Below are positions 40,976 through 50,205 of a DNA stretch of 64,000 nucleotides, piece after piece (position 1 is the first letter of the stretch; every line of letters starts with the position of its first letter). The position numbers and the translations under genes were made by a program. Location: the NCBI GenBank assembly GCA_903877885.1, contig CAIRFN010000002.1:1734-65733 (forward strand), in the 5' to 3' direction. The DNA comes from an uncultured Candidatus Berkelbacteria bacterium (GTDB lineage Bacteria > Patescibacteriota > UBA1384 > UBA12157). The notes under the pieces are model-generated. The model did not search any database. It was not told where the DNA came from and saw only the letters and a list, made by a program, of their open reading frames with translations.

Positions 40976-40998
40976 CCGCGAGTAATCGCGGTTTTTTT
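40976..40998 (+). terminator. Rho-independent terminator
   Basis: CCGCGAgtaaTCGCGG followed by TTTTTTT. Confidence 0.7.
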
Positions 40999-41248
40999 AA
41001 ACTTAAAAATTCTTGCAAAAATATTTTTAGTTTGATATGATAATTTTAATGAGAAACATTCAATTAAATAACTGGTTTAATTTTGCTTATTTTACCACCC
41101 GACCCAAAGCCGGTTAGTTTCTTAAATTAATAAAAAATATTGATATTTAACCGGCTCATGGCCGGCTTTTGTTTTTCTGCGACCCTAGATGTTTCGATAT
41201 CTGGGGCGGCATCTAGAACGAAAGGGGAATAAAACAGTGACGATGAAC

Positions 41249-41440
41249 TTGAGTTTAGAGGAATCAAGAAAGATTATTGGTGACCCGATGGTTAACCAAT
41301 TGGCAACACTGCTTCAATCGGACAACGATCCGATTGTCAAAGCGCGACTAATTCATAACTTGCTTGGCAAGGAAGATACAAAATTCCAACTGGCAGCCAA
41401 TGTTGTGTGGAACCATCTGGTTCAGAGTAGACTGACTTGA
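41249..41440 (+). CDS. hypothetical small protein
   Basis: 64 aa (MNLSLEESRKIIGDPMVNQLATLLQSDNDPIVKARLIHNLLGKEDTKFQLAANVVWNHLVQSRLT). Start is uncertain and the RBS is weak. Confidence 0.3.
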   Translation: MSLEESRKIIGDPMVNQLATLLQSDNDPIVKARLIHNLLGKEDTKFQLAANVVWNHLVQSRLT

Positions 41441-41500
41441 CAACAAAAAATGCCAGCGGTACAATTAAAAAAATGCCTGAAAAGGCACGGGAGGTGTACC

Positions 41501-41854
41501 TTGTCCCAACCTGTCGTTTCTGCTTTAGCATTAACGCCACGCTCAATGGCAGTTGGACTTTATATCAACCATGTGGTTGATCTCGAATCAGAAAATGTTG
41601 TCACGGCCATGGTCGAAATGTTGGAACTTTGTAAAAAATACAAGATTCCGCTTCAAGACATTGAATATGGTTTAAGTCCATATTCGCTGGTGCGTCATCT
41701 GATTGAATGGTGTAACAAGCATCAAGACTATCGCTATTTGGAGATTGCCCAAGAAGTTTCCACCCTTGGCAAAAGCGAGATTACACTCGACATTGTCAAT
41801 ACGATGATCAGCGCAATCACTAGTCTCGAAGTTCAAATTGCCATTTCAACCTAA
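41501..41854 (+). CDS. hypothetical protein
   Basis: TTG start 6 nt after GGGAGG. The ORF-track start 41450 has no RBS. A terminator follows. Confidence 0.4.
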   Translation: MSQPVVSALALTPRSMAVGLYINHVVDLESENVVTAMVEMLELCKKYKIPLQDIEYGLSPYSLVRHLIEWCNKHQDYRYLEIAQEVSTLGKSEITLDIVNTMISAITSLEVQIAIST

Positions 41855-41875
41855 CGATCTGATCAAACTTTCCTC

Positions 41876-41898
41876 GCCCTATTGCGATAGGGCTTTTT
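41876..41898 (+). terminator. Rho-independent terminator
   Basis: GCCCTATTGCGATAGGGC followed by TTTTT. Confidence 0.7.
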
Positions 41899-42078
41899 CT
41901 TTCCTTGCAAATCAAATTATTTTTAATTATAATTAAACTAATGAAAAATATTTCTACTAACTTACTAGCTCTCCTTTTACTCACCACTTGAAAGAGGCGG
42001 CTAGTTTAGATTGGAATAAATATTTTTCTACCCTATACCGCCTCGAGGCGGATTTTTGTTTTTTAAGGAGGGAATTTT

Positions 42079-42219
42079 ATGCCCAAGAAGAAATTGGTTG
42101 TAAAGCCAGAAGTACAGGTTGTGGCAGAATCAACTTCTGCGCCATCGACACCGCCAGCCAAAAAACCGCCAACTCGTCAGGATCTAACCGCTGGCATAAC
42201 ATCTACAATCCCATACTGA
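42079..42219 (+). CDS. candidate small basic protein (46 aa)
   Basis: AAGGAGGG RBS 7 nt upstream of the ATG. Sequence MPKKKLVVKPEVQVVAESTSAPSTPPAKKPPTRQDLTAGITSTIPY. Flanked by terminators CCGCCTCGAGGCGG+T-run (42040) and CCCCGCGCTTTGCGCGGGG+T-run (42243). Confidence 0.4.
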   Translation: MPKKKLVVKPEVQVVAESTSAPSTPPAKKPPTRQDLTAGITSTIPY

Positions 42220-42320
42220 ATCGACTCTCTCATTTCTCAATCTCCCCGCGCTTTGCGCGGGGTTTTCATTTTAATATCAATCGGTTAGAATGAAGATATA
42301 TTAAAAGCAAAAGGAGAAAA

Positions 42321-43085
42321 ATGGACAAATTTGCAGCGATAGTTTTAGCGGCCGGTAAAGGCACGCGGATGAATGAAGGTTTGGCTAGCCCAATTCCAAA
42401 GGTAATGTTTCCTTTAAACGGCGAGCACATTATTGATTGGTCGGTTAAATCAATTAAAGCGGTCGGAATCGACAGAGTGGCTTTGGTGGTTGGTTATAAA
42501 AAAGAATTAGTAATGGAACATTTTGGCGATAAGGTTGAATATGCGGTTCAGGAAGAGCAACTTGGCACTGGTCATGCGGTCGCTCAAGCCAAACTTTTAC
42601 TTGGCAATCAGTCAGAATCGGTTATTGTTTTTTACGGCGATAATCCTTTGTATAAACCAGAAACAATCAAAAAATTAATCAGTATGTATGAAGAAGACCG
42701 TCCAACTGTGGCTATGCTTTCAGTGGTTTTCGCTGACCCCGAATTTTGGGCTTTTGGTCGGATTATTCGCGATGAAAATAACGAAGTCCAAGGCATTGTC
42801 GAACAAAAAGATTGCACTCCAGAACAATTGAAAATTAAAGAATCAAATCCGGGTTTCTATATTTTTGACGCGGCTTGGCTTTGGGCTAATATTGATAAAT
42901 TAGAATCAAATAATGCTCAAAAGGAATATTATTTGACTGATTTAATCAAAATGGCCAAAGAACAAGGCAAACGCATTATGGCTATTCCAGTTTCTGAAGA
43001 AGCTGAAGCTTTGGGTGTAAATAATCCTGATCAGTTAAAACAAGCCGAAGAGGTTTTGAAGTCGCGCGATGCAATACAAAACTAG
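42321..43085 (+). CDS. sugar-1-phosphate nucleotidylyltransferase (GlmU N-terminal-like UDP-GlcNAc pyrophosphorylase domain only)
   Basis: LAAGKGTRM and EQLGTGHAV motifs. 254 aa, with no left-handed beta-helix acetyltransferase domain. Confidence 0.8.
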   Translation: MDKFAAIVLAAGKGTRMNEGLASPIPKVMFPLNGEHIIDWSVKSIKAVGIDRVALVVGYKKELVMEHFGDKVEYAVQEEQLGTGHAVAQAKLLLGNQSESVIVFYGDNPLYKPETIKKLISMYEEDRPTVAMLSVVFADPEFWAFGRIIRDENNEVQGIVEQKDCTPEQLKIKESNPGFYIFDAAWLWANIDKLESNNAQKEYYLTDLIKMAKEQGKRIMAIPVSEEAEALGVNNPDQLKQAEEVLKSRDAIQN

Positions 43086-43788
43086 AGGAATAATTTTAAA
43101 ACGAACAAATTTGGGCGAGGCTGACCGAATTATTACTATTTTTACCGAAAAGTTTGGCAAAATTCGGATTGTCGCTCGCGGGGTTCGAAAAACTTTGTCT
43201 AAAATGGCTGGTCATTTGGAGCCGTTTTGTTTAACAAATTTACAAATCGTTGAAGGCAAAAATTTAGATGTGGTAACCGGCGCTCAAGTTGAAGAATGTT
43301 TCATGGGTATTCGGTCGGATTTAGCTAAAACCCAAAATTGTTTTTATATTGCCGAAATTGTCGATAAAATGACCGAAGACGGCGATATTCATGTGGAAAT
43401 TTTTGAACTTCTGGCCGCAACGTTTTGTCATGCTGACGAATTAATTGCCCCACTTTTGATTTCTTTTTTCGAAATTAATTTTTTGGCTCAAATGGGTTTT
43501 CGGCCAGAGTTACATCAATGTGTCAAATGCCAAAATAAAATCACGGCCGGCGATAATAGTTTTGATTTTACCCGCGGTGGTTTAATTTGTGCTGACTGTG
43601 GTTTGGGTCGAGCGATTTCTGACGAGGCAATTAAAATTATTCGTTTATCACTTGACCATGATTTTAGCAAAATAAAAAGAATAAAAATTAACAAAAAAAT
43701 TGAACAAGAAATCCGCCAACTGACAAATTATTATTTAAAACACATTCATCAAAAAGATTTTAAATCAGAAAAATATTTAACAAAATAA
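43069..43788 (+). CDS. recO: DNA repair protein RecO
   Basis: N-terminal OB-fold signature TRGIILKRTNLGEADRIITIFT...RGVRK. C-terminal Zn site CVKCQN...CADCG. Confidence 0.8.
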   Translation: MQYKTRGIILKRTNLGEADRIITIFTEKFGKIRIVARGVRKTLSKMAGHLEPFCLTNLQIVEGKNLDVVTGAQVEECFMGIRSDLAKTQNCFYIAEIVDKMTEDGDIHVEIFELLAATFCHADELIAPLLISFFEINFLAQMGFRPELHQCVKCQNKITAGDNSFDFTRGGLICADCGLGRAISDEAIKIIRLSLDHDFSKIKRIKINKKIEQEIRQLTNYYLKHIHQKDFKSEKYLTK

Positions 43789-43795
43789 AAATTAA

Positions 43796-43881
43796 TGTCA
43801 TTCTCGAGCCGAGTGGTAACTCGACATCAAGAATCCAGAAAATAGATTCCAGATCCTGAATCCTTCCGGTCTGGAATGACA
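43796..43881 (+). repeat. MITE-like structured intergenic repeat, copy 6
   Basis: TGTCATTCTCGAGCCGAG...ACATCAAGAATCCAGAAAATAGATTCCAGATCC...GGTCTGGAATGACA. Ends 15 nt before the alr ATG. Confidence 0.85.
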
Positions 43882-43896
43882 AGAAAGTAGAGAACA

Positions 43897-45042
43897 ATGA
43901 ACACATTTTTAGAAATTAATTTAGAAAAATTGCAAAAAAATATTCGCAATTTAAAATCTTTGCTAAAACCGGAAACAAAATTTCTAGCGGTCATCAAATC
44001 CAATGCCTACGGTCATGGACTAGTCGAATGCGCGCGCGCCGCCAATATTGCCGGCGCTAACTGGTTTGGCGTGGTCTATTTGGAAGAGGCGATGGAGTTA
44101 AGATGTGCCGGAATTTTAAAACCAATTTTGATTTTGAAAATGGTGGCTTCGGCCGATGCGCGTCAAGCTGCCAATCAGGAAATTAGTATTCCGATTGTGT
44201 CTTTGGCTCACGCTCACGAAATTTCGGAAACCAATTTTGATAAAGTTTTGAAAGTCCATTTGAAAGTGGAAACCGGTTTGAATCGCTTTGGTTTACAGAT
44301 TTGTGAAATTTCCGAAGCAGCTAAATTATTAAAAACCAATCGCAATATTAAAATCGAAGGCTTATATTCGCATTTTGCTTCAGTCGAAGAAAATGATTTA
44401 GCGCATGCCAAGATACAAATAACCAATTTCAAAAAAGCAATCAAAGTTTTGGAAAGTACTGGTACTAAGAATTTTTTGAAACACATGGCTGCGACTTCGG
44501 CGACTTTGTTGCTACCAGAATCGCATTTTAATATGGTTCGTTGCGGCATTGGCATCTATGGTCTTTGGCCGAGTGTAGAAAACAAAGAAAAATATTGCTC
44601 GAGCCCGCGCGGCGAGAACTTTCTGCAACCAGTCTTAAAATATCAAACTTATTTATCTCAAATAAAAACTGTCGAAGTTGGTGAAAAAATTGGTTATGGT
44701 TGTACTTACGAAGCCAAATCCAAAATGACTATTGGTATAATTCCAGTTGGATATTATGAAGGACTCGATAGAGGACTGTCTAACTGCGGCGAAGTTCTGA
44801 TATCTGGCACAAAATGTCCGATTATCGGCCGGGTGTGTATGAATTTAAGTATAATTGATCTATCTAGTCTTGAAGGACAGTCCTTTTGTTCGTTTAAGGA
44901 CTGTCCTTCACCGGAAGTGATGATTATTGGTAAATCTGGTGACCAAGAAATCACCGCCGACGATATTGCTCAAAAAATCGGTTCAATTAATTACGAAGTC
45001 GTCACTCGCATCCCGGCTTGTATCGAGAGGAAATATATTTAA
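43897..45042 (+). CDS. alr: alanine racemase
   Basis: PLP site AVIKSNAYGHG. 381 aa. Contains a roughly 12-aa insertion (SSLEGQSFCSFKDCPSPE) encoded by a perfect 14-bp hairpin at 44873-44912. Confidence 0.9.
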   Translation: MNTFLEINLEKLQKNIRNLKSLLKPETKFLAVIKSNAYGHGLVECARAANIAGANWFGVVYLEEAMELRCAGILKPILILKMVASADARQAANQEISIPIVSLAHAHEISETNFDKVLKVHLKVETGLNRFGLQICEISEAAKLLKTNRNIKIEGLYSHFASVEENDLAHAKIQITNFKKAIKVLESTGTKNFLKHMAATSATLLLPESHFNMVRCGIGIYGLWPSVENKEKYCSSPRGENFLQPVLKYQTYLSQIKTVEVGEKIGYGCTYEAKSKMTIGIIPVGYYEGLDRGLSNCGEVLISGTKCPIIGRVCMNLSIIDLSSLEGQSFCSFKDCPSPEVMIIGKSGDQEITADDIAQKIGSINYEVVTRIPACIERKYI

Positions 45043-45086
45043 CCTGTTACTAACTTCCAAGGTTAGTATAGGTTTGGACTAAAAAA

Positions 45087-45103
45087 CCCGCAAAATTTGC
45101 GGG
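45087..45103 (-). terminator. terminator for minus-strand gene
   Basis: CCCGCAAAATTTGCGGG with an A-run on the plus strand (T-run on the minus strand). Confidence 0.6.
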
Positions 45104-45119
45104 CGATAGTAGTGTTGAA

Positions 45120-46073
45120 TTAAAGTAAAGATCCGAGTTTAGAAGAAAAATATTCTTTGTCTTGATTATCCATTTTATGGGTCATCTTTTCTTGTATTTG
45201 TAAACAATCGTCAACTGTCTGGGCTAGTTTGATTGCTTTGGTGATGATTTGCTTAAGATCATAACCATTATTACCCCATTTGACATGTTCAAATAGATAA
45301 AGACAATCTTGACTTGTCTTGGCTAATTCAAAAAGTTTTTTATTCAAATTTTCTAAATAATATGAATTTATATAAGGTTTAATTTTGTAGCATGATGCAA
45401 ATGTTTTTGAAATTTCAATTGCTTTCTCTAAAATCATATTATCGATATCATCGATACTATATTTTTGGCCAGTGACAAAAAGTTGCAAACAATCTTGGGT
45501 AGTTTCGGCCGCTATCAACGATAATTTAAGAAGATTAATGAAATTTTCCATCACTTTTTTTCTAAAAAGATTTTCTTTATCATGATAGTCTATTAGTTGA
45601 AGTTTGATTTCCCAGATTTCTTTAAGCTTGCGTGTGTTTGCAAGTCTATTTTTTAATATCATATTAATTTTATCAACGAGTTGGACGAAAAAAGCTTCTT
45701 TATCTTCATCAAGCAAATCAAAATGTTCGCCAGGCGGGTTCCAACTTTGATCGATTTCATGATAAAGCTGGTGGCATTTTTCGACTGTTCCGGCGGAGTT
45801 AAGTTCGATTTGAAAAAGTGTTTCGATTCTAGCTTTGGCAATATTATGAATCTCGACATTTGAACTTCGCGACCACCAGTAGATTCGTATGTAATCCCAA
45901 AAACTTTGCGAAAATTCCAAGGCTTTGGTCATAATTTTTGCTCTCAATTCCTGATTCTCGCGTGAAATTTTAAACCATGCATCCCAACATTGGCCGATGT
46001 TTGTGTAAGTTTCTAACTCGCGAGCAAAATGCTCGTCAATTTTGTCCTGGTGTTGCGACAAAATATTAGTCAT
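45120..46073 (-). CDS. hypothetical helical repeat protein
   Basis: 317 aa. Four copies of a [KA]x[TS]xxDCLxLF-like motif (TTQDCLQLF, TSQDCLYLF, TVDDCLQIQ). Predicted all-alpha. Confidence 0.5.
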   Translation of the reverse strand: MTNILSQHQDKIDEHFARELETYTNIGQCWDAWFKISRENQELRAKIMTKALEFSQSFWDYIRIYWWSRSSNVEIHNIAKARIETLFQIELNSAGTVEKCHQLYHEIDQSWNPPGEHFDLLDEDKEAFFVQLVDKINMILKNRLANTRKLKEIWEIKLQLIDYHDKENLFRKKVMENFINLLKLSLIAAETTQDCLQLFVTGQKYSIDDIDNMILEKAIEISKTFASCYKIKPYINSYYLENLNKKLFELAKTSQDCLYLFEHVKWGNNGYDLKQIITKAIKLAQTVDDCLQIQEKMTHKMDNQDKEYFSSKLGSLL

Positions 46074-46240
46074 GTTGTTAATTCTCCTCTTCCGATCAGG
46101 TTCATCTGATCAAACGAATAGCTACAGTATATCATTTATTAGATTACTGGTCAATGGATTTGGTAGGCTTTTTTAATTCTTGCTCAACAGGTAAAAAAAG
46201 TATACAATGGAATTAATAAATAATATTGCGAGGAGCAAAT

Positions 46241-47572
46241 ATGGCTGAAGCTAAAGACAACAAATTAGAAAAAATTACCAGTTGGTCGAAACGTCGTGGC
46301 TTTATTTTTCCCGGTTCGGAAATTTACGGCGGTTTAGGCGGTGTCTATGATTTTGGCCCATATGGTACGGCGCTCAAAAATAATATCAAAAAACTTTGGT
46401 GGAAAACATTTGTTGAAGATCGCGAAGATGTGGTGGGAATTGATTCATCGATTTTAATGAACCGTGCAGTCTGGCAAGCTTCTGGTCATGAGGGTGGTTT
46501 TACCGATGAATTAGTCGAATGCAAAAAATGTCACAAACGGTTTAAAGCTGATGATATGCCTGAAGAAAAATGTCCTCAAGGCGGCGAGCATGAACTGACT
46601 GAGCCGAAAGCCTTCAATGGTATGTTTAAAACTTTTGTTGGTGTGACTCAAAATGATGACGCTCAAACCTATTTGCGTCCCGAAACGGCTCAAGGTATGT
46701 TTGTCGATTTTAAATCAGTTTTAGAAACTTCGCGCAAAAAGTTACCTTTTGGCATTGCCCAAATGGGAAAATGTTTCAGAAACGAAATCAATACTAAAGA
46801 TTTTTTATTTCGGGTGCGCGAATTTGAAATCGCGGAAATCGAATATTTTATTAAACCAGGTGAAGATGAAAAAGCTTTTGATATGTGGTTGGAAAATTGG
46901 GAAAAGTTTGTCACATCTTTAGGAATCAAACCAGAAAACTTAAAACATTACGAACATCCGAAAGAAGGCTTGTCGCATTATTCCAAACGTACTGTCGATA
47001 TTCAATATAATTACCCATTTGGTTGGAAGGAATTAACTGGACTAGCAAATCGCACAGATTTTGATTTGAAGGCACATGCCCAAGCTAGCGGTAAAGACTT
47101 ACAGTATTTTGATACTGAATCGAATGAAAAATATTTTCCTTATGTTGTTGAACCAACTTTAGGAATTGAACGCTTGATGTTAGCTATCATTTGCGATGCG
47201 TTTGAAGAGCTGGAACCGCGCACTGAAACGACCGAAGCGGTGACGGAAAAGGAAATTGTTTTGCATTTTGATCCGCGTCTTGCGCCGGTTAAAATTGCGG
47301 TTTTGCCACTTATGAAAAAATTATCGGAAGATGCGCGCAAGATTTACGACGATCTAAAATCTTGTTTTGGTGGTATTGAGTACGATGAATCCGGCTCAAT
47401 CGGCAAACGTTACAGACGTCAAGATGAAATCGGCACACCATTTTGTGTTACCGTTGATTTTGATACCATTGAAAAAGATCAATGCGTCACCGTTCGCGAC
47501 CGTGATACGATGAAGCAGGAACGCATCGCCATCAAAGATCTTAAAAATTTCTTTTTTGAAAAGTTAGTCTAA
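46241..47572 (+). CDS. glyQS: glycine--tRNA ligase (dimeric class II GlyQS)
   Basis: RRGFIFPGSEIYGG..GVYDFGPYG N-terminus. RBS AGGAG. 443 aa from ATG 46241. Confidence 0.9.
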   Translation: MAEAKDNKLEKITSWSKRRGFIFPGSEIYGGLGGVYDFGPYGTALKNNIKKLWWKTFVEDREDVVGIDSSILMNRAVWQASGHEGGFTDELVECKKCHKRFKADDMPEEKCPQGGEHELTEPKAFNGMFKTFVGVTQNDDAQTYLRPETAQGMFVDFKSVLETSRKKLPFGIAQMGKCFRNEINTKDFLFRVREFEIAEIEYFIKPGEDEKAFDMWLENWEKFVTSLGIKPENLKHYEHPKEGLSHYSKRTVDIQYNYPFGWKELTGLANRTDFDLKAHAQASGKDLQYFDTESNEKYFPYVVEPTLGIERLMLAIICDAFEELEPRTETTEAVTEKEIVLHFDPRLAPVKIAVLPLMKKLSEDARKIYDDLKSCFGGIEYDESGSIGKRYRRQDEIGTPFCVTVDFDTIEKDQCVTVRDRDTMKQERIAIKDLKNFFFEKLV

Positions 47573-47703
47573 ATTTTTTTAGTGGTTTATTTCAGTTTTA
47601 CATTGTTGACAATATGGTCAAATCTAATTTTTTCTCACAATTTGAAATTTGGAAATGTGCACCAGCAGGTTATCTTTAAAAAAAATAAATAAGAGGAGGC
47701 AAA

Positions 47704-48048
47704 ATGTTCAACGCAAAAAAACTTTTACTTTACCCCGCGGTGGTGTGGGTGGTGATCTATCTTTTCATCTGTATCTTGATTGGGTTCAAGATTAACACGA
47801 GCGCTGATTGGGTGATGATGGCGACAACCTTGATTAGTATCGTCGGGCTTTTTTACGCGGCTAAAATCGCCGGCATCAAAGATTTCAAAAAAGCGTTACT
47901 TCTTGGATTAGTCTGGGTTTTAGTCATGGTAGTTTTAGATTTAATTTTAACTATGCCATTCGTTCCTGGTTATTTTTCTAACTGGAAAACCTATTTTAGC
48001 TATGGTATTACCTTTTTAATGCCAATTATCGTATCTTTTATTAAATAA
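47704..48048 (+). CDS. hypothetical membrane protein
   Basis: 114 aa, 3-4 TM helices. RBS AGGAGG. Confidence 0.5.
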   Translation: MFNAKKLLLYPAVVWVVIYLFICILIGFKINTSADWVMMATTLISIVGLFYAAKIAGIKDFKKALLLGLVWVLVMVVLDLILTMPFVPGYFSNWKTYFSYGITFLMPIIVSFIK

Positions 48049-48056
48049 ATAACCAA

Positions 48057-48080
48057 AGTACACCCCCGGGGTGTACTTTG
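48057..48080 (+). terminator. Rho-independent terminator
   Basis: GTACACCCCCGGGGTGTAC followed by TTT. A similar hairpin GTACACTTCCAGGGTGTAC lies at 48337-48361. Confidence 0.6.
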
Positions 48081-48091
48081 ACGGAGGTAAC

Positions 48092-48331
48092 ATGGAAAAA
48101 GAACAAAACGAAATGAACTGTTGCGGCAAGGATTATCACTATCACAAAAAATGGCATGGTAGTCGTGGCGGCGGAGGTGGCGGTGCAATTTATTGTCTAG
48201 GTGTAATCGGCGCGGCTGTATTTTTCATCGGCAAAGCCACAACTTTTTGGCTTGGTGCTTTAGGACTACTTAAAGCTTTTTTTTGGCCAGCAATTTTCGT
48301 CTATGAAGTCTGCAAACTTTTGATAAAATAA
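48092..48331 (+). CDS. small membrane protein with N-terminal CC..HYH..H cluster and Gly run
   Basis: RBS GGAGG 7 nt upstream. MEKEQNEMNCCGKDYHYHKKWHGSRGGGGGG followed by two TM helices. Confidence 0.45.
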   Translation: MEKEQNEMNCCGKDYHYHKKWHGSRGGGGGGAIYCLGVIGAAVFFIGKATTFWLGALGLLKAFFWPAIFVYEVCKLLIK

Positions 48332-48379
48332 CCAACGTACACTTCCAGGGTGTACGTTAAGGTTGAGTAAAGGAGTAAA

Positions 48380-49060
48380 ATGTCAGACGAAAAAATTAAA
48401 GTCACTAAAGACGGGCCGTATGTGGTTTCGGCAAATGTGCCGCTTCGGGCTGAAACAAGCGTGCCAAATAAAGATGGAATTCCGGAAAAATGGGAAGACC
48501 ATGGCGAAATCAAATCCGAAGGAGAATGTCGACTTTGCCGTTGTGGCAAATCCAAAAATAAACCGTTTTGTGACGGCTCGCATATGGCTGGTTTTAATGG
48601 CACCGAAACTGCCCAAAAGATTAAATTTGATGACGAAGCCGAAACATATGAGGGCTATGGCGTTGATTTAAAAGACTGTGAAATATATTGTTCTAGTGGT
48701 CGTTTTTGCGATAAAGGAATTGGTGTTTGGCAAGCGGCCGAAAATTCCAGTGATCCGGAAAATAAAAAATTGGCAATCGAGGAAGCCTGCAACTGTCCGT
48801 CTGGCCGATTGGTCGTGATTGATAAAAAAACTGGTAAAGAAATCGAGCCAAAATTTGCACCACAAATTAGTGTGACTCAAGATGAAGCGGCAGATGTCAG
48901 TGGTCCGCTTTGGGTTAAAGGTGGAATTGAAATCGAGTCAGCCGATGGCGAAAAATACGAAAAACGTAACCGCTGCACCATTTGTCGTTGTGGCAAATCC
49001 AGCAACAAACCATTCTGCGACGGCTCCCATATCTCAACCAGGTTTAATGATAAGGAATAA
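48380..49060 (+). CDS. CDGSH iron-sulfur domain protein (two CDGSH domains)
   Basis: CRLCRCGKSKNKPFCDGSH and CTICRCGKSSNKPFCDGSH. Confidence 0.85.
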   Translation: MSDEKIKVTKDGPYVVSANVPLRAETSVPNKDGIPEKWEDHGEIKSEGECRLCRCGKSKNKPFCDGSHMAGFNGTETAQKIKFDDEAETYEGYGVDLKDCEIYCSSGRFCDKGIGVWQAAENSSDPENKKLAIEEACNCPSGRLVVIDKKTGKEIEPKFAPQISVTQDEAADVSGPLWVKGGIEIESADGEKYEKRNRCTICRCGKSSNKPFCDGSHISTRFNDKE

Positions 49061-49061
49061 A

Positions 49062-49556
49062 ATGATCGTTTTTATTTCCGGCCAAGGCGGATCTGGCAAA
49101 ACAACTTTAGTTAAATATTTCGAAAATAATCCTGTGGATAACTGGCTATTTTTCGATTTTGATGAAGGCGCAGTTGAAAAACCAGACACAACTGATATGG
49201 AAAAATTAGCGGTTTGGGTTAAAGCTCAACGTGAAAATTGGCTCAAAGAAGTCAGAAGTGAAAAATATGCTGGTAAAAATATTTGTTTGTTTGGTGTTGG
49301 ACTTTTTCCATGGAAGGTTGGATTTCCCGATGATGTAAAATATGCCTATTTATCAGTCGATCAAAATTTGCGAAAAGACCGACTAATTGATCGTGGTGAT
49401 CCGCATTTATATGAAGCGTATCAAAAAGATATTAATGATATTGTGAAACGACTTGATGAAGCTGGCGCCAAAAAATTCGATAATTCCAATCGCCCAATCG
49501 ACCAAACCGCAGAGGAAATTAAAGACTGGCTAAATAAATTAATTAAGGAAAACTAG
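49062..49556 (+). CDS. P-loop NTPase / putative kinase
   Basis: Walker A ISGQGGSGKTT starts at ATG 49062, directly after the CDGSH gene stop. The ORF-track start 48882 overlaps the upstream gene. Confidence 0.6.
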   Translation: MIVFISGQGGSGKTTLVKYFENNPVDNWLFFDFDEGAVEKPDTTDMEKLAVWVKAQRENWLKEVRSEKYAGKNICLFGVGLFPWKVGFPDDVKYAYLSVDQNLRKDRLIDRGDPHLYEAYQKDINDIVKRLDEAGAKKFDNSNRPIDQTAEEIKDWLNKLIKEN

Positions 49557-49609
49557 GGATGATAAAGGAAAATCCTTTGTTAAATCCTTAGTTATCCATT
49601 GGAGGTCCT

Positions 49610-50119
49610 TTGAGAAATCCTTTGGGCTACAAAGTTTTAAGGACTTATCAACAAGGTGAGGAAATTTACGAACTCGTCAAAAAGTTTACCGGTTTATATT
49701 TACATCGAATCGAGGACTCAAGATTAATCGGTCATATGAACGATTCGGCTCGAAGTGTACCCAGAAACATCGCCGAAGGTTATGGCCGCAATAATACAAA
49801 ACAGTACTACGAATTTTTAGGTTTTTCCTTTGGCTCATTATTAGAACTATTAGAAGATTCTATGGAATTGGAAAAGGATATCAAAGGAGGACAAAGGATT
49901 ACCAAGGATAATAATGGAGCGCTAGGGGATTTATCCAAAATTATCAAACTATGTATGGGCGAAAAAACTATGCTTAAAAATCAGGTGGATAAAATCGAGC
50001 AAATGGTTGGCGAACAAGGTTTGATGAGTCAAAATCAAATCATCGCTAAACAAATGGCTGAAAACCGTCGTAAAGAAAAAGCCTTTGATGATTGGTTAAA
50101 AAGCCTAAAAAATAACTAA
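49610..50119 (+). CDS. four-helix-bundle protein (TIGR02436; 23S rRNA IVS protein family) with C-terminal extension
   Basis: ARSVPRNIAEGYGR...EFLGFSFGSLLEL signature. 169 aa. Confidence 0.65.
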   Translation: MRNPLGYKVLRTYQQGEEIYELVKKFTGLYLHRIEDSRLIGHMNDSARSVPRNIAEGYGRNNTKQYYEFLGFSFGSLLELLEDSMELEKDIKGGQRITKDNNGALGDLSKIIKLCMGEKTMLKNQVDKIEQMVGEQGLMSQNQIIAKQMAENRRKEKAFDDWLKSLKNN

Positions 50120-50205
50120 ATTTAAAAGCTGTTCTAAAAGTTATCCACAATTGACAAAAATATGACTAGTGAGAAGATGAGTTTGATATTAATAAAGGAG
50201 ATATT

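Noticed and set aside
41988-42293. 101-aa ORF-track candidate 41988-42293
   Set aside because: It has no RBS, spans a terminator hairpin, and overlaps a better-supported small ORF (42079-42219) in another frame.
48882-49061. ORF-track start of the P-loop gene at 48882
   Set aside because: It overlaps the 3' third of the CDGSH gene in another frame. The Walker A motif begins right after ATG 49062.
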